DNA of 23,279 nucleotides from Phycisphaerae bacterium (GTDB lineage Bacteria; Planctomycetota; Phycisphaerae; UBA1845; UTPLA1): NCBI GenBank assembly GCA_035542775.1, contig DATKKX010000078.1, positions 1 to 23,279 of the forward strand, read 5' to 3'. Shown piece by piece: positions 9,356 to 21,198 of this stretch (position 1 is its first letter; each line of letters starts with the position of its first letter). The notes under the pieces were generated by a model. It saw only the letters and a program-made list of their open reading frames with translations, ran no database searches and was not told where the DNA came from. The position numbers and the translations under genes were made by a program.

Positions 9356-10390
9356 GTGACGATTCGTCTGATGGCAGTGCTTTGCGCGGGGCTGGCCGCG
9401 CTCCCGCCTTCCTTGCTGTCCGCACAGGACCGTTGGGGTGCGTCGGGGCATCAGCACATTACCGCCGGGGCGATTACTCATCTGCCCCAGCCGCTGCGAG
9501 GCTTCTTTCAGGCCAACAGCGCGACGATCCAGACCGCCGCCGGGAATGAACCACCGAGCAGCCATTGGATCGACATCGACGTATATCCGGAGTTTTTCGC
9601 AGGGACATTCCCGCATGACTGGGACGACGCCGTCGCGCTCTATGGTCAAAGCACGTTGGAAGCCAACGGCATCGCCCCGTGGAACGTGGAGACCTATACG
9701 GTGAATCTGTCCGTGCTGATGGCCAATGCCCAAAGCCAGCAAGACTGGCTGAATCTGCTGCAAACAGCGGGGGCGCTGGCCCACTATGCCGAGGACCTGC
9801 ACAATCCCCTGCACCTCACTCAAAACTACGACGGGCAGCTCACCGGCAACGACGGCATCCATTCACGCTACGAAATCCAGATGATCTCACGTCACCTGCC
9901 CGGCGGTCTTCCCATCGTCCCGACGCCCAGCCATTGCGTGCGTTACGCGTCGATCATTGACGCGGTCTTCGACGAGATCGACGTCAACTACTGGTATGTC
10001 GACAACATCATGGCCGCCGACGATGCGGCGGTGGCGCTGGATCCGAGATACCGCACCACGTATTACAACCGGCTGTGGGCCGGCACCGGCGTATTCACGC
10101 AGGCCCTCTTCCAGCAGGCTTCCGAAACCGTGGCCAGCGCCTGGTACACCGCCTGGGTCGATGCCGGTTTGCCGATGCCGGTTCCGCCGCCCGTGCTCAT
10201 GGGGGACATGAACTGCGACGGGCAGGTCAATGCCTCGGACATCGACCCGTTCGTGCTGGCGCTGATTGCTCCGGCGGATTACGCCGCCGCCTGGCCGTCA
10301 TGCGACATCGGCCTGGCCGACATGAATTCGGACACAAAGCGGGATGGCCGCGATATCCAGGTGTTCGTCGCCAGACTCCTCACGCCCTGA
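9356..10390 (+). CDS. Secreted S1/P1-type zinc nuclease with C-terminal dockerin-like domain
   Basis: Signal peptide 'MTIRLMAVLCAGLAALPPSLLSA'. Mature N-terminus 'WGASGHQHITAGAI' (S1/P1 Trp1/His zinc ligands). 'HYAEDLHNPLHLTQNYDGQLTGNDGIHS' matches the P1 'H..D..QPLH' zinc motif. C-terminus 'DMNCDGQVNASDIDPFVLAL' plus 'DMNSDTKRDGRDIQVFVARLL' are dockerin type-I calcium-binding repeats. Confidence 0.75.
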   Translation: MTIRLMAVLCAGLAALPPSLLSAQDRWGASGHQHITAGAITHLPQPLRGFFQANSATIQTAAGNEPPSSHWIDIDVYPEFFAGTFPHDWDDAVALYGQSTLEANGIAPWNVETYTVNLSVLMANAQSQQDWLNLLQTAGALAHYAEDLHNPLHLTQNYDGQLTGNDGIHSRYEIQMISRHLPGGLPIVPTPSHCVRYASIIDAVFDEIDVNYWYVDNIMAADDAAVALDPRYRTTYYNRLWAGTGVFTQALFQQASETVASAWYTAWVDAGLPMPVPPPVLMGDMNCDGQVNASDIDPFVLALIAPADYAAAWPSCDIGLADMNSDTKRDGRDIQVFVARLLTP

Positions 10391-10498
10391 TTAGCACCTT
10401 GCTCCACCAGTTGGAGGCCGCCACCGACAAGTGTGCCTTCACCAACGGCAAGCTCGGGGTCGAAGCGATTCCATCTGCTGTACTCACCTTCACTCACT

Positions 10499-10873
10499 TC
10501 ACTTGGAGGCTGCAGTGCGCTGTTCGGCGGCACGCCAATCCGGTTCCGCCCACGCGGACACGGTGCCTTCTGAGATCGGAAACTGCACCGTGCCGCGTAG
10601 GCGCTCGCCACCGCCAGTCGGCTCGTACTCGTAGGTCCATTGCTCGAGTGCCGGAGAGCTGACACGGGCCGTCTCGACCCGCGCCGGCTCACCCAGCAGC
10701 GATCGCACTTCCTTCCGCGTCATGCGATGACGCAGGGCTCGCCATTGCCGCATCAACGGCGTGACGCACGTCGCCGATCGCAACCACGCCAGCGTCCACG
10801 GCTTGCCGCATTGCCGACAGAACCGCGCCACCGCCGGGTTCTCTGCTCCACAATTGTCGCACTCTTTTCGCAT
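10499..10873 (-). CDS. Zinc-ribbon domain protein (CxxC…CxxC), coupled to the upstream flotillin gene
   Basis: 'MRKECDNCGAENPAVARFCRQCG' N-terminal zinc ribbon. ATG at 10873-10871 lies 1 nt after the flotillin stop (TGAcATG). The track ORF starts at GTG 10891, overlapping flotillin by 17 nt. Confidence 0.5.
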   Translation of the reverse strand: MRKECDNCGAENPAVARFCRQCGKPWTLAWLRSATCVTPLMRQWRALRHRMTRKEVRSLLGEPARVETARVSSPALEQWTYEYEPTGGGERLRGTVQFPISEGTVSAWAEPDWRAAEQRTAASK

Positions 10874-10874
10874 G

Positions 10875-12977
10875 TCAATCCGCCGCTCCACTGACAGCCA
10901 GACTCTCGCGAACCTGGTTGCGCAATTGCTCGGCCTCGGGCCGTCTTGGCGCGGTCGGGCCGTCAGTCATCGCCTGCCCAAACCGGTCCGACAGCAACAT
11001 CGTCAGCAGGCCCTGCATCACGTTGGCCTGGCCATCGCCATCCTGGCCGTGGATAACGATCTTCGGCACCAGGTCCACGCCGGACTCCTGCACCGCTTCC
11101 GCGAACCGATCCATGACCTGCCGGGTGAGCTGGTACTGCGGTCCGCCGTAGGCACGGACCTGCTCCTCGATCGCCACTGCCTGGGCGACACCGATTCGGG
11201 CGGCCTTGTCGGCCTCCGCCTCACCGGTGGCGCGAATCCGCGCCGCCTCCGCCTCGGCCAGCGTGCGCGTTCGTGCCCCCTCGGCTTCGGCAACCGCCCG
11301 CATCTGGGCGGCTTGCTGCAGCGCCCGCTGGTACTCGGCCTTGCCCTGGTTCTCCTGCATCTTGATAGAAAGCTCACTCTCGGTGAGCTTCTTCTGCTGC
11401 TGGGCCCGGGCCTCGGCTTCGCGCAGCTCGCGCTCCTTGACCGCCGCCTGTTCCTGCCGGCCGTAGGTTTCGACCTGCTCCAGAGCGATCTGCCGCGTGC
11501 GGAGCTGGGTGAGGATGTCCTCGATCCGCTTGTCGCCGGCCGATGCGGTCGGCGTGCCGATGAGCACCTCCTCGAGCTCCAGGTTGTAATGGACGAACTT
11601 CTCCTGCATTTCCTCGCCGGCCAGCTTCTGGATCAGGGCGCGATCCTGGAGGAGCTGGATCAGCGTCCGTGTCTGCCCGATGTTCTTGAAGTAAGCGGAG
11701 ACCATCGGGTCCAGCGTCTGCTCGACCAGCTTTCGCACGTCGCCGAACCGCTGAATCACCAGGGGCGCCTTGCGGTAGTCGATGTGGACGACCACCGACA
11801 GCGGCAGCGACGGTTCGAACGCGTCCTTGGTGATGAGCGACACCTCGCTGAGGTTCTCGTCATACTTGTGGACGCCGCTCTCGTTGCGGATCCACTTGAG
11901 GATGAAGTTCGTCGTCGGAACCATGATGACCTTTCCCGCGTAGATATTGAACGCGTACTTGCCGGGCAGCAGGGCTTCGCTCCACACGCCGCGCTGGCCT
12001 TTGCGGACCAGCTCGCCGTGCTTGTAGTCGACGCCCGACAAATCCACGCCCGTCTCGCCGGTGTAGGAGACGACTACGCCGACGTTGCCGACTTCCACCA
12101 CCGTCTTTGGAGTCATCTCCACGGTCGCGAAGAGCCGGTTGAGGAAGTAGGTCCCTTCGACCAGCACCTGAAGCTGCCGCCCGCGACGCCCGCCGGCGGC
12201 CAGGAATTTCTCCGGGTCCTGGAAGTTGTTATGGAAGGTTTCCGTATCCGACGGATCGTTGCCAACGACCGGGGCGATGATCTCGCCGCCGTCCAGGGCC
12301 GGCCCGTCGTGCACGGTAACGATGCCGACCAGGTCGCCGGCCTCCATCTCGGTGCCGGCTTCGTCGCTATCGCCATTCTCCACCGCGGTCACGCCAATGG
12401 TGTCGCCGGCTCCCTTGATGACGACCGGCTCGAAGCCTCTGCGTTCGGCGATCTCGCGGGCCATGTTCTGCAGAACAGCCTGATCACCGCGACCCAGCGG
12501 GAGGAAGAAAACCTGCTCCGCGGTAATGACCACGAACTGGGCCAGGTTGATCGCGTAGGTACCTTCACGAAGGAGCTTGCGCTGCGGACCGCGCTGGCCG
12601 CCGTTGCGCAGGAAGGCCGTCACGTTCTCGAAGTCGTGGGCCTTGGCGTTGCAGCCGAGCGTCTGCGTCGGCCCCAGGGGCAGACCGTCGCGAGCGAACA
12701 CGTAGCCGATCTTGCCCTGGGGAATCGTCACCAGCGGCATCTTGTGGATGCGATATTGCAGCGGCATGCGCAGATGGAGCCCGCCCCGCAGCACATCCGG
12801 CTGAAAGCCGGCCTCGCCGCTCAACGCGATGAAGCCGCCGCGGACGGACCCTTTGCGGCTCCAGCGTTTCTCGACGATGCCGATGCGGTTGTTCGGGATG
12901 TAGCGGAGACCCGAAGCGAGAAGGCCCAAGTACAGAATCCCGAGTATCAAAACCAGTGCGATCGCGAACATGGACAT
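10875..12977 (-). CDS. Flotillin-like SPFH/band-7 family protein (YqiK/FloT-like) with N-terminal membrane anchor and long EA-rich coiled coil
   Basis: N-terminal TM 'MSMFAIALVLILGILYLGLLASGL'. SPFH-like region. C-terminal 'KERELREAEARAQQQKKLTESELSIKMQENQGKAEYQRALQQAAQMRAVAEAEGARTRTLAEAEAARIRATGEAEADKAAR' flotillin-type repeats. GGAG 4-5 nt before the ATG. The 748-aa + strand ORF over the same span is a shadow. Confidence 0.85.
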   Translation of the reverse strand: MSMFAIALVLILGILYLGLLASGLRYIPNNRIGIVEKRWSRKGSVRGGFIALSGEAGFQPDVLRGGLHLRMPLQYRIHKMPLVTIPQGKIGYVFARDGLPLGPTQTLGCNAKAHDFENVTAFLRNGGQRGPQRKLLREGTYAINLAQFVVITAEQVFFLPLGRGDQAVLQNMAREIAERRGFEPVVIKGAGDTIGVTAVENGDSDEAGTEMEAGDLVGIVTVHDGPALDGGEIIAPVVGNDPSDTETFHNNFQDPEKFLAAGGRRGRQLQVLVEGTYFLNRLFATVEMTPKTVVEVGNVGVVVSYTGETGVDLSGVDYKHGELVRKGQRGVWSEALLPGKYAFNIYAGKVIMVPTTNFILKWIRNESGVHKYDENLSEVSLITKDAFEPSLPLSVVVHIDYRKAPLVIQRFGDVRKLVEQTLDPMVSAYFKNIGQTRTLIQLLQDRALIQKLAGEEMQEKFVHYNLELEEVLIGTPTASAGDKRIEDILTQLRTRQIALEQVETYGRQEQAAVKERELREAEARAQQQKKLTESELSIKMQENQGKAEYQRALQQAAQMRAVAEAEGARTRTLAEAEAARIRATGEAEADKAARIGVAQAVAIEEQVRAYGGPQYQLTRQVMDRFAEAVQESGVDLVPKIVIHGQDGDGQANVMQGLLTMLLSDRFGQAMTDGPTAPRRPEAEQLRNQVRESLAVSGAAD

Positions 12978-13561
12978 TGTCTCCTATGGCTGGCCGGGCG
13001 GCGCTGACTGCACGGCGGTTGTGCCGCCACGCACGCCATCGCAGCCGGGCGTTCCAGTTTGTTTGGGCGAATGAGGTGGCCCCTGCCGGCACTGAGCGTG
13101 CGCGCAGCGCAGCCGCACACACGACGCGTGGCCCGGTAGCAGTCATCTCAACGGTGAATGAAGCGGTCTAGGGTGGGGATGACATAGCTGTGCTCCAGCG
13201 TACGCCTACGAGGTTAGCTGACGGGCTCGCGAGCGCTGACTCCGCGTCCGCCGATCTGGCGGATTCGCCCCTGCGACGACCGACCCGACGAATCAGTCCC
13301 GGCCGCCGCGATCTTGGTTTCCCCGTTGCCCGGCCGCGTGAAACAGCCGGACATTCGGCACTTTCAGCTCTCCATAAAACATACACCAGCCCATACGAAA
13401 GTCAAATTGGCGGTATCCTATGAATGCGCGAACATTTGCGCGAAGTGGCATGCGTTTTGCTATTCGCGGCTACGGCTCCCCGCCGGTCAAAGTGTCATCG
13501 TCATGTCACCATGAATGCGCTTACAGAACCGCTGCACAAACTGTCCAACCGAAGAACGCGG

Positions 13562-14593
13562 TCAAGGGCTTCCTGGCTGACCCGTCGCCTTCGGCTGCTC
13601 GTCCCAGGCGCGGATGAACCGTATCAAACCCTGAAGAACCTGCGCGAAGCGGTGCATCTGAAGCTCGCGGCCTTGGATCACCTGCCCGTCCTTGGCCAGA
13701 ATCAGGCAGGTGTCGCTGATCTCCAATTGCACACCGGGCACGCCACGTGCAGAGACGAACTTGGTGACCGTCGCCGCCCGGGCGGCGGCAAAGTAGTTTT
13801 CCGAAAACGCCGTCAGACCCTCGGCCGCGAAACAAGCGAGCAAATCCGCCGCGATCTGCGGCCGGCCGAGCAGTGAGGTACTGTCCATGGTGCCGAGATC
13901 GATGTCGTACGGCCGGTATGCGTGTGAAGCGTGAAGATCGAGCACCAGCGTGTACTGCCGGGTATCAAGCAGCCGGGCCAGCTCGCGTTTAAATTCGTTG
14001 TCGTCGTAGTAGTTCGAGTCGCTCGGGCTCATGGCCGTGGAGGCGACCACGGTGACGTCCGCCATGCGGTGCAGCGCATCGGCCAGGGAGCCCGTGCCGC
14101 TGTCGGCGGGTTTGAGCTTGCCCTCGCGGGTGGTGGCGGCGGCGTGACCGGCGACGACCAGGACGCTCGATCGACCGGGCGTCACGGCAAACCATGACTT
14201 GCCGTCGGCGGGCGGACGCTCGTAACGAAGCGACAACGCTCGCTCAAAGTCGATGGCCTGCTGAACATGCTCGATCTCGACGATGGCCCGCAGTGGGCGA
14301 GTCGGGTGCTGGAGAACACGGCCGCCTGGCGCGGCCGGTGCAGCCGTCGGAACTGAAACGACTTCCGGGTTCGGCGAAAGCCGTTTCGCTTCGCAGCCTG
14401 CGGCGATCAACAGCAACAAGAGAAATAAAGCTGCTCGTGCACACGATAGGAGATGACAGGTGCGTATAGTGGAGTGTCGGTGCCTGGCATCCACTTGGTT
14501 TCTCACTGCTCGCAGCGCAGTGGCACACGGGGCGGAGTAGTCTGTTGTCGATGACATGCGGCGGATCGTACGCCGCGGCGCCAAGTGTGTCAT
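13562..14593 (-). CDS. Putative lipoprotein, amidohydrolase-like (weak N-formylglutamate-amidohydrolase-like pattern)
   Basis: Lipobox 'LLLLLIAAGC' after a long charged N-region. 'SSVLVVAGHAAATTREG' resembles the FGase-family 'lllscEHaG' entry motif. Function assignment is weak and the start codon is uncertain. The same-orientation upstream gene ends 48 nt away. Confidence 0.4.
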   Translation of the reverse strand: MTHLAPRRTIRRMSSTTDYSAPCATALRAVRNQVDARHRHSTIRTCHLLSCARAALFLLLLLIAAGCEAKRLSPNPEVVSVPTAAPAAPGGRVLQHPTRPLRAIVEIEHVQQAIDFERALSLRYERPPADGKSWFAVTPGRSSVLVVAGHAAATTREGKLKPADSGTGSLADALHRMADVTVVASTAMSPSDSNYYDDNEFKRELARLLDTRQYTLVLDLHASHAYRPYDIDLGTMDSTSLLGRPQIAADLLACFAAEGLTAFSENYFAAARAATVTKFVSARGVPGVQLEISDTCLILAKDGQVIQGRELQMHRFAQVLQGLIRFIRAWDEQPKATGQPGSP

Positions 14594-14641
14594 TATGCTC
14601 TTGCGAACTGAACCTCAGCAGGTCTTTTGTGCTCCAGGTTC

Positions 14642-15406
14642 TCACAGCTCCTTGCAACGGAACCTTTGCACGGCGAGTGCCGCAAAGACCAGGGCGAGAA
14701 GGATCGTCACCGCTGCGGCGGGCAGGATGTCAGGCCGAATCCCGGAAAGGATCCTCGAGGCCCCGGAGATGAGCCCCGCGGGGCTGAACTTCGCCACAGG
14801 AGACCAGGCGGAGAGGAGCGCGATCAGCAGATACACGCCGAAACCGACACCGGACGCCCCTCCCTGCGACACGAACAGCACCGACAGCAGCGTCATGACC
14901 ACGATCATCCAGAGCGCGTAAAGCAGCCAGAGGAAGACGGCACCGAGAAAGTAAGGCACCGGCGATCGACCGAAGAGAAGCGCGGTTACCAGTACGCACA
15001 GGCCGGCTCCCACGATGGTGGATGCCGTCAGCAACACTTGCTGCGAGACGATCTTCGCGAGGACGAAGCCGGTTCGCGACAGCGGCTTGGTCAGGACGAG
15101 AGTGGTAGTCCCGCCTCTCACCTCACCGGAAATGCAGCCAGCACTGGAGATGATGATCGCAATCAGGATGAGCTGGTTCAGGTTCTTCAGGTACTGCTGA
15201 TACGCATCGACCGCCGTGGCTTCCGGCACCTTGATCATGATGCCGGGCTGCGAGCCTGCAATTGACGCGACCAACGCCGGCGTGGCCAACGCGAGGATGG
15301 GGCTGGCCACCGCGAAGAAGAGGATCATGCCGGGCACGACCCAGATTCGCCAGGTCCTGGTGATCTCCAGGAACTCCTTGTGCAGAAAGGCATGAAAACC
15401 GCTCAT
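14642..15406 (-). CDS. ABC-2 type transporter permease
   Basis: 254 aa with ~6 predicted hydrophobic helices, typical of ABC-2 family permeases. Start overlaps the ATPase stop by 4 nt (ATGA). Confidence 0.75.
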   Translation of the reverse strand: MSGFHAFLHKEFLEITRTWRIWVVPGMILFFAVASPILALATPALVASIAGSQPGIMIKVPEATAVDAYQQYLKNLNQLILIAIIISSAGCISGEVRGGTTTLVLTKPLSRTGFVLAKIVSQQVLLTASTIVGAGLCVLVTALLFGRSPVPYFLGAVFLWLLYALWMIVVMTLLSVLFVSQGGASGVGFGVYLLIALLSAWSPVAKFSPAGLISGASRILSGIRPDILPAAAVTILLALVFAALAVQRFRCKEL

Positions 15407-16338
15407 GGTCGAGTGTCCGCTCCGATCAGATCGACAAATGCATCCTCAAGGCTGCTCTCAAGGACCTCAAATCGCCGAAGAGGCGTGCCCGCAGCGACAA
15501 TTGCTTTGGGAATGACGGACTGCGCCGCCGCCAGGTCCGATGCGAAGACATGCAGCCCATCGCCGGTTCGCTCCAGTCTGTCCACGCACTGTTCGCCGCG
15601 CAGCATCGCTTCCAATCTGCCGGGATCGCCTTCCACCTCAACGACAACGTGTCGCGAGCCGCGTCGCGATTTGATTCCTTTCACGCTGTCCTGCATGACG
15701 ACTTTGCCGCGATTGAGAATGGCCACCGAATCGCAAACCCGCTCGACATCCGCGAGAATGTGGGTGGAGAAGAAGACTGTCGTCCGCCCGGACAGCGACA
15801 GAATCATGTCGAGCACTTCTTTTCGCCCAATGGGGTCGAGGGCGCTGGTCGGCTCATCGAGGAGGAGCAGTCGCGGGGCGTTGATCAGGGCCTGCGCGAT
15901 TCCCAACCGCTGCTTCATGCCGCGCGAATAGCCCCCGATCCGCGTACGCACGTCGGCCAGGCCCGCCATATCCAGGAGTACCGTCACACGCTCCTCCAGC
16001 GCGGCCCCCTGCAAGCCGAACAGGCTCCCGGCAAAGCGAAGAAACTCTCTCCCGGACATCCAGCCGTAGAAGCCGGGGGCATCGGGCAGAAATCCGATCA
16101 GCGACCGGACTTCGTTGGTCGCATGGACGACATCCTGGCCCAAGATGGACGCCCGCCCGGATGTCGGCCGCGCCAGACCGGTGAGAATCCGCAAGGTAGT
16201 GGTCTTGCCGGCTCCGTTGGGCCCGAGGAATCCGAAGACCGACCCCTGCGGGACGGAGAGATCCACGCCGTCCAAGGCGGCATTGCTGCCAAAGAGCTTG
16301 GTCAGCGATTGAATCTCGATGGCCGGAGTTTCGCTCAA
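15403..16338 (-). CDS. ABC transporter ATP-binding protein
   Basis: 'IEIQSLTKLFGSNAALDGVDLSVPQGSVFGFLGPNGAGKTTTLRILTGL' (Walker A). 'LLLLDEPTSALD' (Walker B/D-loop). Signature 'YSRGMKQRLGIA'. Proposed TTG start 16338 gives 'MSETPAIEIQ…' and overlaps the upstream gene's stop (TTGA). The 367-aa track ORF extends 5' through a low-complexity segment. Confidence 0.8.
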   Translation of the reverse strand: MSETPAIEIQSLTKLFGSNAALDGVDLSVPQGSVFGFLGPNGAGKTTTLRILTGLARPTSGRASILGQDVVHATNEVRSLIGFLPDAPGFYGWMSGREFLRFAGSLFGLQGAALEERVTVLLDMAGLADVRTRIGGYSRGMKQRLGIAQALINAPRLLLLDEPTSALDPIGRKEVLDMILSLSGRTTVFFSTHILADVERVCDSVAILNRGKVVMQDSVKGIKSRRGSRHVVVEVEGDPGRLEAMLRGEQCVDRLERTGDGLHVFASDLAAAQSVIPKAIVAAGTPLRRFEVLESSLEDAFVDLIGADTRP

Positions 16339-16666
16339 CTCTGCTTCTTCTGTCCGTAGAGAAGGTCCATCGCGCGATTCGAGCGAGCGCCCGCTTCTTC
16401 TGAACGCAAGGGGATGTGAGCGGTCGGCGCGGTTCTCCGTCCTACCGCCCAATAGACGATCGCTCCGATGAGGCCTCCCAGAATGACAATGATGCACCAG
16501 ACCCACTTTGCCGGCTGCGGTTCTCGCTCTCGTCGCACAAGATCAACGAGGGCGAGTACCTGCAGCACCAACTGCAGACAGGCCAGAAGGCCAAGCGCGA
16601 TCAGGCCCGCCGGGGGTATTCCACTGAGGGATTCCCACAAGCCTTTCGGCATAGGGTCTCCAGACA

Positions 16667-16670
<4 letters not shown>
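16335..16670 (-). CDS. Small membrane protein, PLDc_N (phospholipase-D N-terminal-like) family
   Basis: Two TM helices. 'PAKWVWCIIVILGGLIGAIVYWAVGRR' resembles the PLDc_N family motif. Start overlaps the M16 peptidase stop (ATGA) and stop overlaps the ABC ATPase start. Confidence 0.55.
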
Positions 16671-19468
<2,798 letters not shown>

Positions 19469-20004
19469 AGAGCAGTCTCCTTAACCTGTTGGTGTGGATC
19501 GCCTCTCGCCGAGGCGCCCGTGGCAACGGCGAAGGCAAGTTCGTAACACCGCAATAATAGCAGCTCGTCCCCTGGCCGTCGAACCGCCGTTTCGAATGTC
19601 GAGGCAGAGTTCTTCCCGAGACCAGGACAGAGCGTCAATCAGCAATCTCGGCCTCGATCCTCGCGGGTGTGGCGGAAATGGGATGGCAGTGACTCGTCCT
19701 GGACGTCCGAGTTTCTCCTGAAGCTGAATTCCACAAGGAGTTTTGTCTCTGCCCCACGTTTTGGCAGCCACTAGAATCCTGCCAGTTGACGACCGAGCTG
19801 TCAGGTACGTGACTCGCCGGCAAGCGTCCCGCTTCCTCCCCGCTCTATCGTCCAACACCAACATTGAGAATGGCCCCCCTCTGCTGCCATCGGACGCAGC
19901 CGTCGGACCATTGTTCGCAGGTCGGAGAATCGGACTTGGACACATCGATCGGCGGGAAAACCGCGCGGGATTCGGCCTTCGGCAGCGAGTTCGTCCCCGT
20001 ACAC

Positions 20005-20931
20005 ATGCGGATCACAATGCTCGTGGTCGTCGTCGTTCCGTTTCTTGGCCTGATCGCCGGCATCATCCTCCTCTGGGGGCACGGCTTCAGTTGGGCCCAA
20101 CTGGCCATCTTCATGGCGATGTACTTGTTGAGCGGCCTGGGAATGACCGTCGGCTTTCACCGGCTGTTCACCCACCGGTCCTTCGAGACCATCCGGACGG
20201 TCAAGCTGATGCTCGGCATCCTGGGCTCCATGACCGTCGAAGGACCGCTCCTCAAGTGGGTGGCCACACATCGGCGGCACCACCAGCTCAGCGACACGGC
20301 CGACGATCCGCACTCACCCCACGTACATGGAAGGGGCTTCCTGCCGATGCTGCGCGGTTTCTGGCACGCCCACCTGGGCTGGGTCTTCGGGCCGGAGTCG
20401 CCGGGGCTGAGCGGCTACATCAAGGATCTCCTCCCGGATCGCCTGCTGCGCGTGGTGAGCACGTTATTTCCGTTGTGGGCTATTTTGGGGCTGCTGATCC
20501 CCGCTGTTCTCGGCGGGCTGCTGACCATGACGTGGCTGGGCGTCTTGATGGGCTTTCTATGGGGCGGCCTGGCGCGGATCTTCTTCGTGCAGCACATGAC
20601 CTTCAGCATTAACTCAGTTTGTCATATCTGGGGCGAACGGCCGCTGCAGTCCCGCGACCAAAGCCGAAACAACGTGGTGTTCGGCATCCTGGGATTCGGC
20701 GAAGGCTGGCACAATAATCATCATGCCTTTCCCACATCCGCGCGGCATGGTCTGAAATGGTGGCAAGCAGATCTTTCCTATCTGGTGATCCGGACGATGC
20801 AGGCCATGCGGCTGGCGTGGAAGGTCCGCGTGCCGCGGGTCGAGGCCATTACCGCCAAGCTCCGCGAGCATTCCGTCGACAAGCTGCCCGCCGCGGACTC
20901 ATCGCTTTCTCTCACGCGAGGCTTGTGCTGA
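20005..20931 (+). CDS. Acyl-CoA/acyl-lipid Δ9-type fatty-acid desaturase (membrane di-iron)
   Basis: Three histidine boxes: 'HRLFTHRS', 'HRRHHQ', 'HNNHHAFP'. Four TM segments. ATG 20005 gives ~308 aa, typical for DesC-like enzymes. The track ORF starts at 19864 (47 aa longer), so the start is uncertain. Confidence 0.8.
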   Translation: MRITMLVVVVVPFLGLIAGIILLWGHGFSWAQLAIFMAMYLLSGLGMTVGFHRLFTHRSFETIRTVKLMLGILGSMTVEGPLLKWVATHRRHHQLSDTADDPHSPHVHGRGFLPMLRGFWHAHLGWVFGPESPGLSGYIKDLLPDRLLRVVSTLFPLWAILGLLIPAVLGGLLTMTWLGVLMGFLWGGLARIFFVQHMTFSINSVCHIWGERPLQSRDQSRNNVVFGILGFGEGWHNNHHAFPTSARHGLKWWQADLSYLVIRTMQAMRLAWKVRVPRVEAITAKLREHSVDKLPAADSSLSLTRGLC

Positions 20932-21198
20932 CCAAGCATTGTGCGTAACAATTCTCGTCGGCGCCGCCGTAGTCTCGGGCGGTACGTGCACAGGATTATC
21001 GAATGATGCCCAAGTTGTCGATCGCTTGGTGGAAGATAGCAGCGTTCGGCCTGTTCGGCGCGCCGGCGGGTGCGGGCTGTGTCTCTCAGGCGGCCGAGCC
21101 GGCGGAGACGACAGGGCCAGCCCTGTTTCTGCGTCCGGCTCATGGTCGTTTCGTGTTGCAGCCACGAGGCGGACGACCGTCCAGCCCAATCATCACAG

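Noticed and set aside
10761-13007. 748-aa + strand ORF
   Set aside because: It lies antisense to the flotillin gene, whose − strand translation has a clear SPFH domain, TM anchor and coiled coil. The + frame is a low-complexity Leu/Arg/Gly-rich product typical of GC-rich shadow ORFs.
13168-13386. 72-aa Arg-rich − strand ORF in the flotillin leader
   Set aside because: Extreme Arg/Ser/Ala composition, no start-codon context or motif. A typical spurious ORF in GC-rich DNA.
19585-19600. GTTTCGAAT, a tRNA T-loop-like motif, in the peptidase/desaturase intergenic region
   Set aside because: The flanking sequence does not form a T-stem, and no acceptor-stem/anticodon-arm arrangement is visible on either strand. 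Not a tRNA.
21108-21132. Small hairpin CAGGGC-CA-GCCCTG followed by TTTCT between the convergent desaturase and lctP genes
   Set aside because: The loop is too short for a stable stem-loop and the U-tract is weak. The 268-nt gap may still hold a terminator, but this one cannot be supported.
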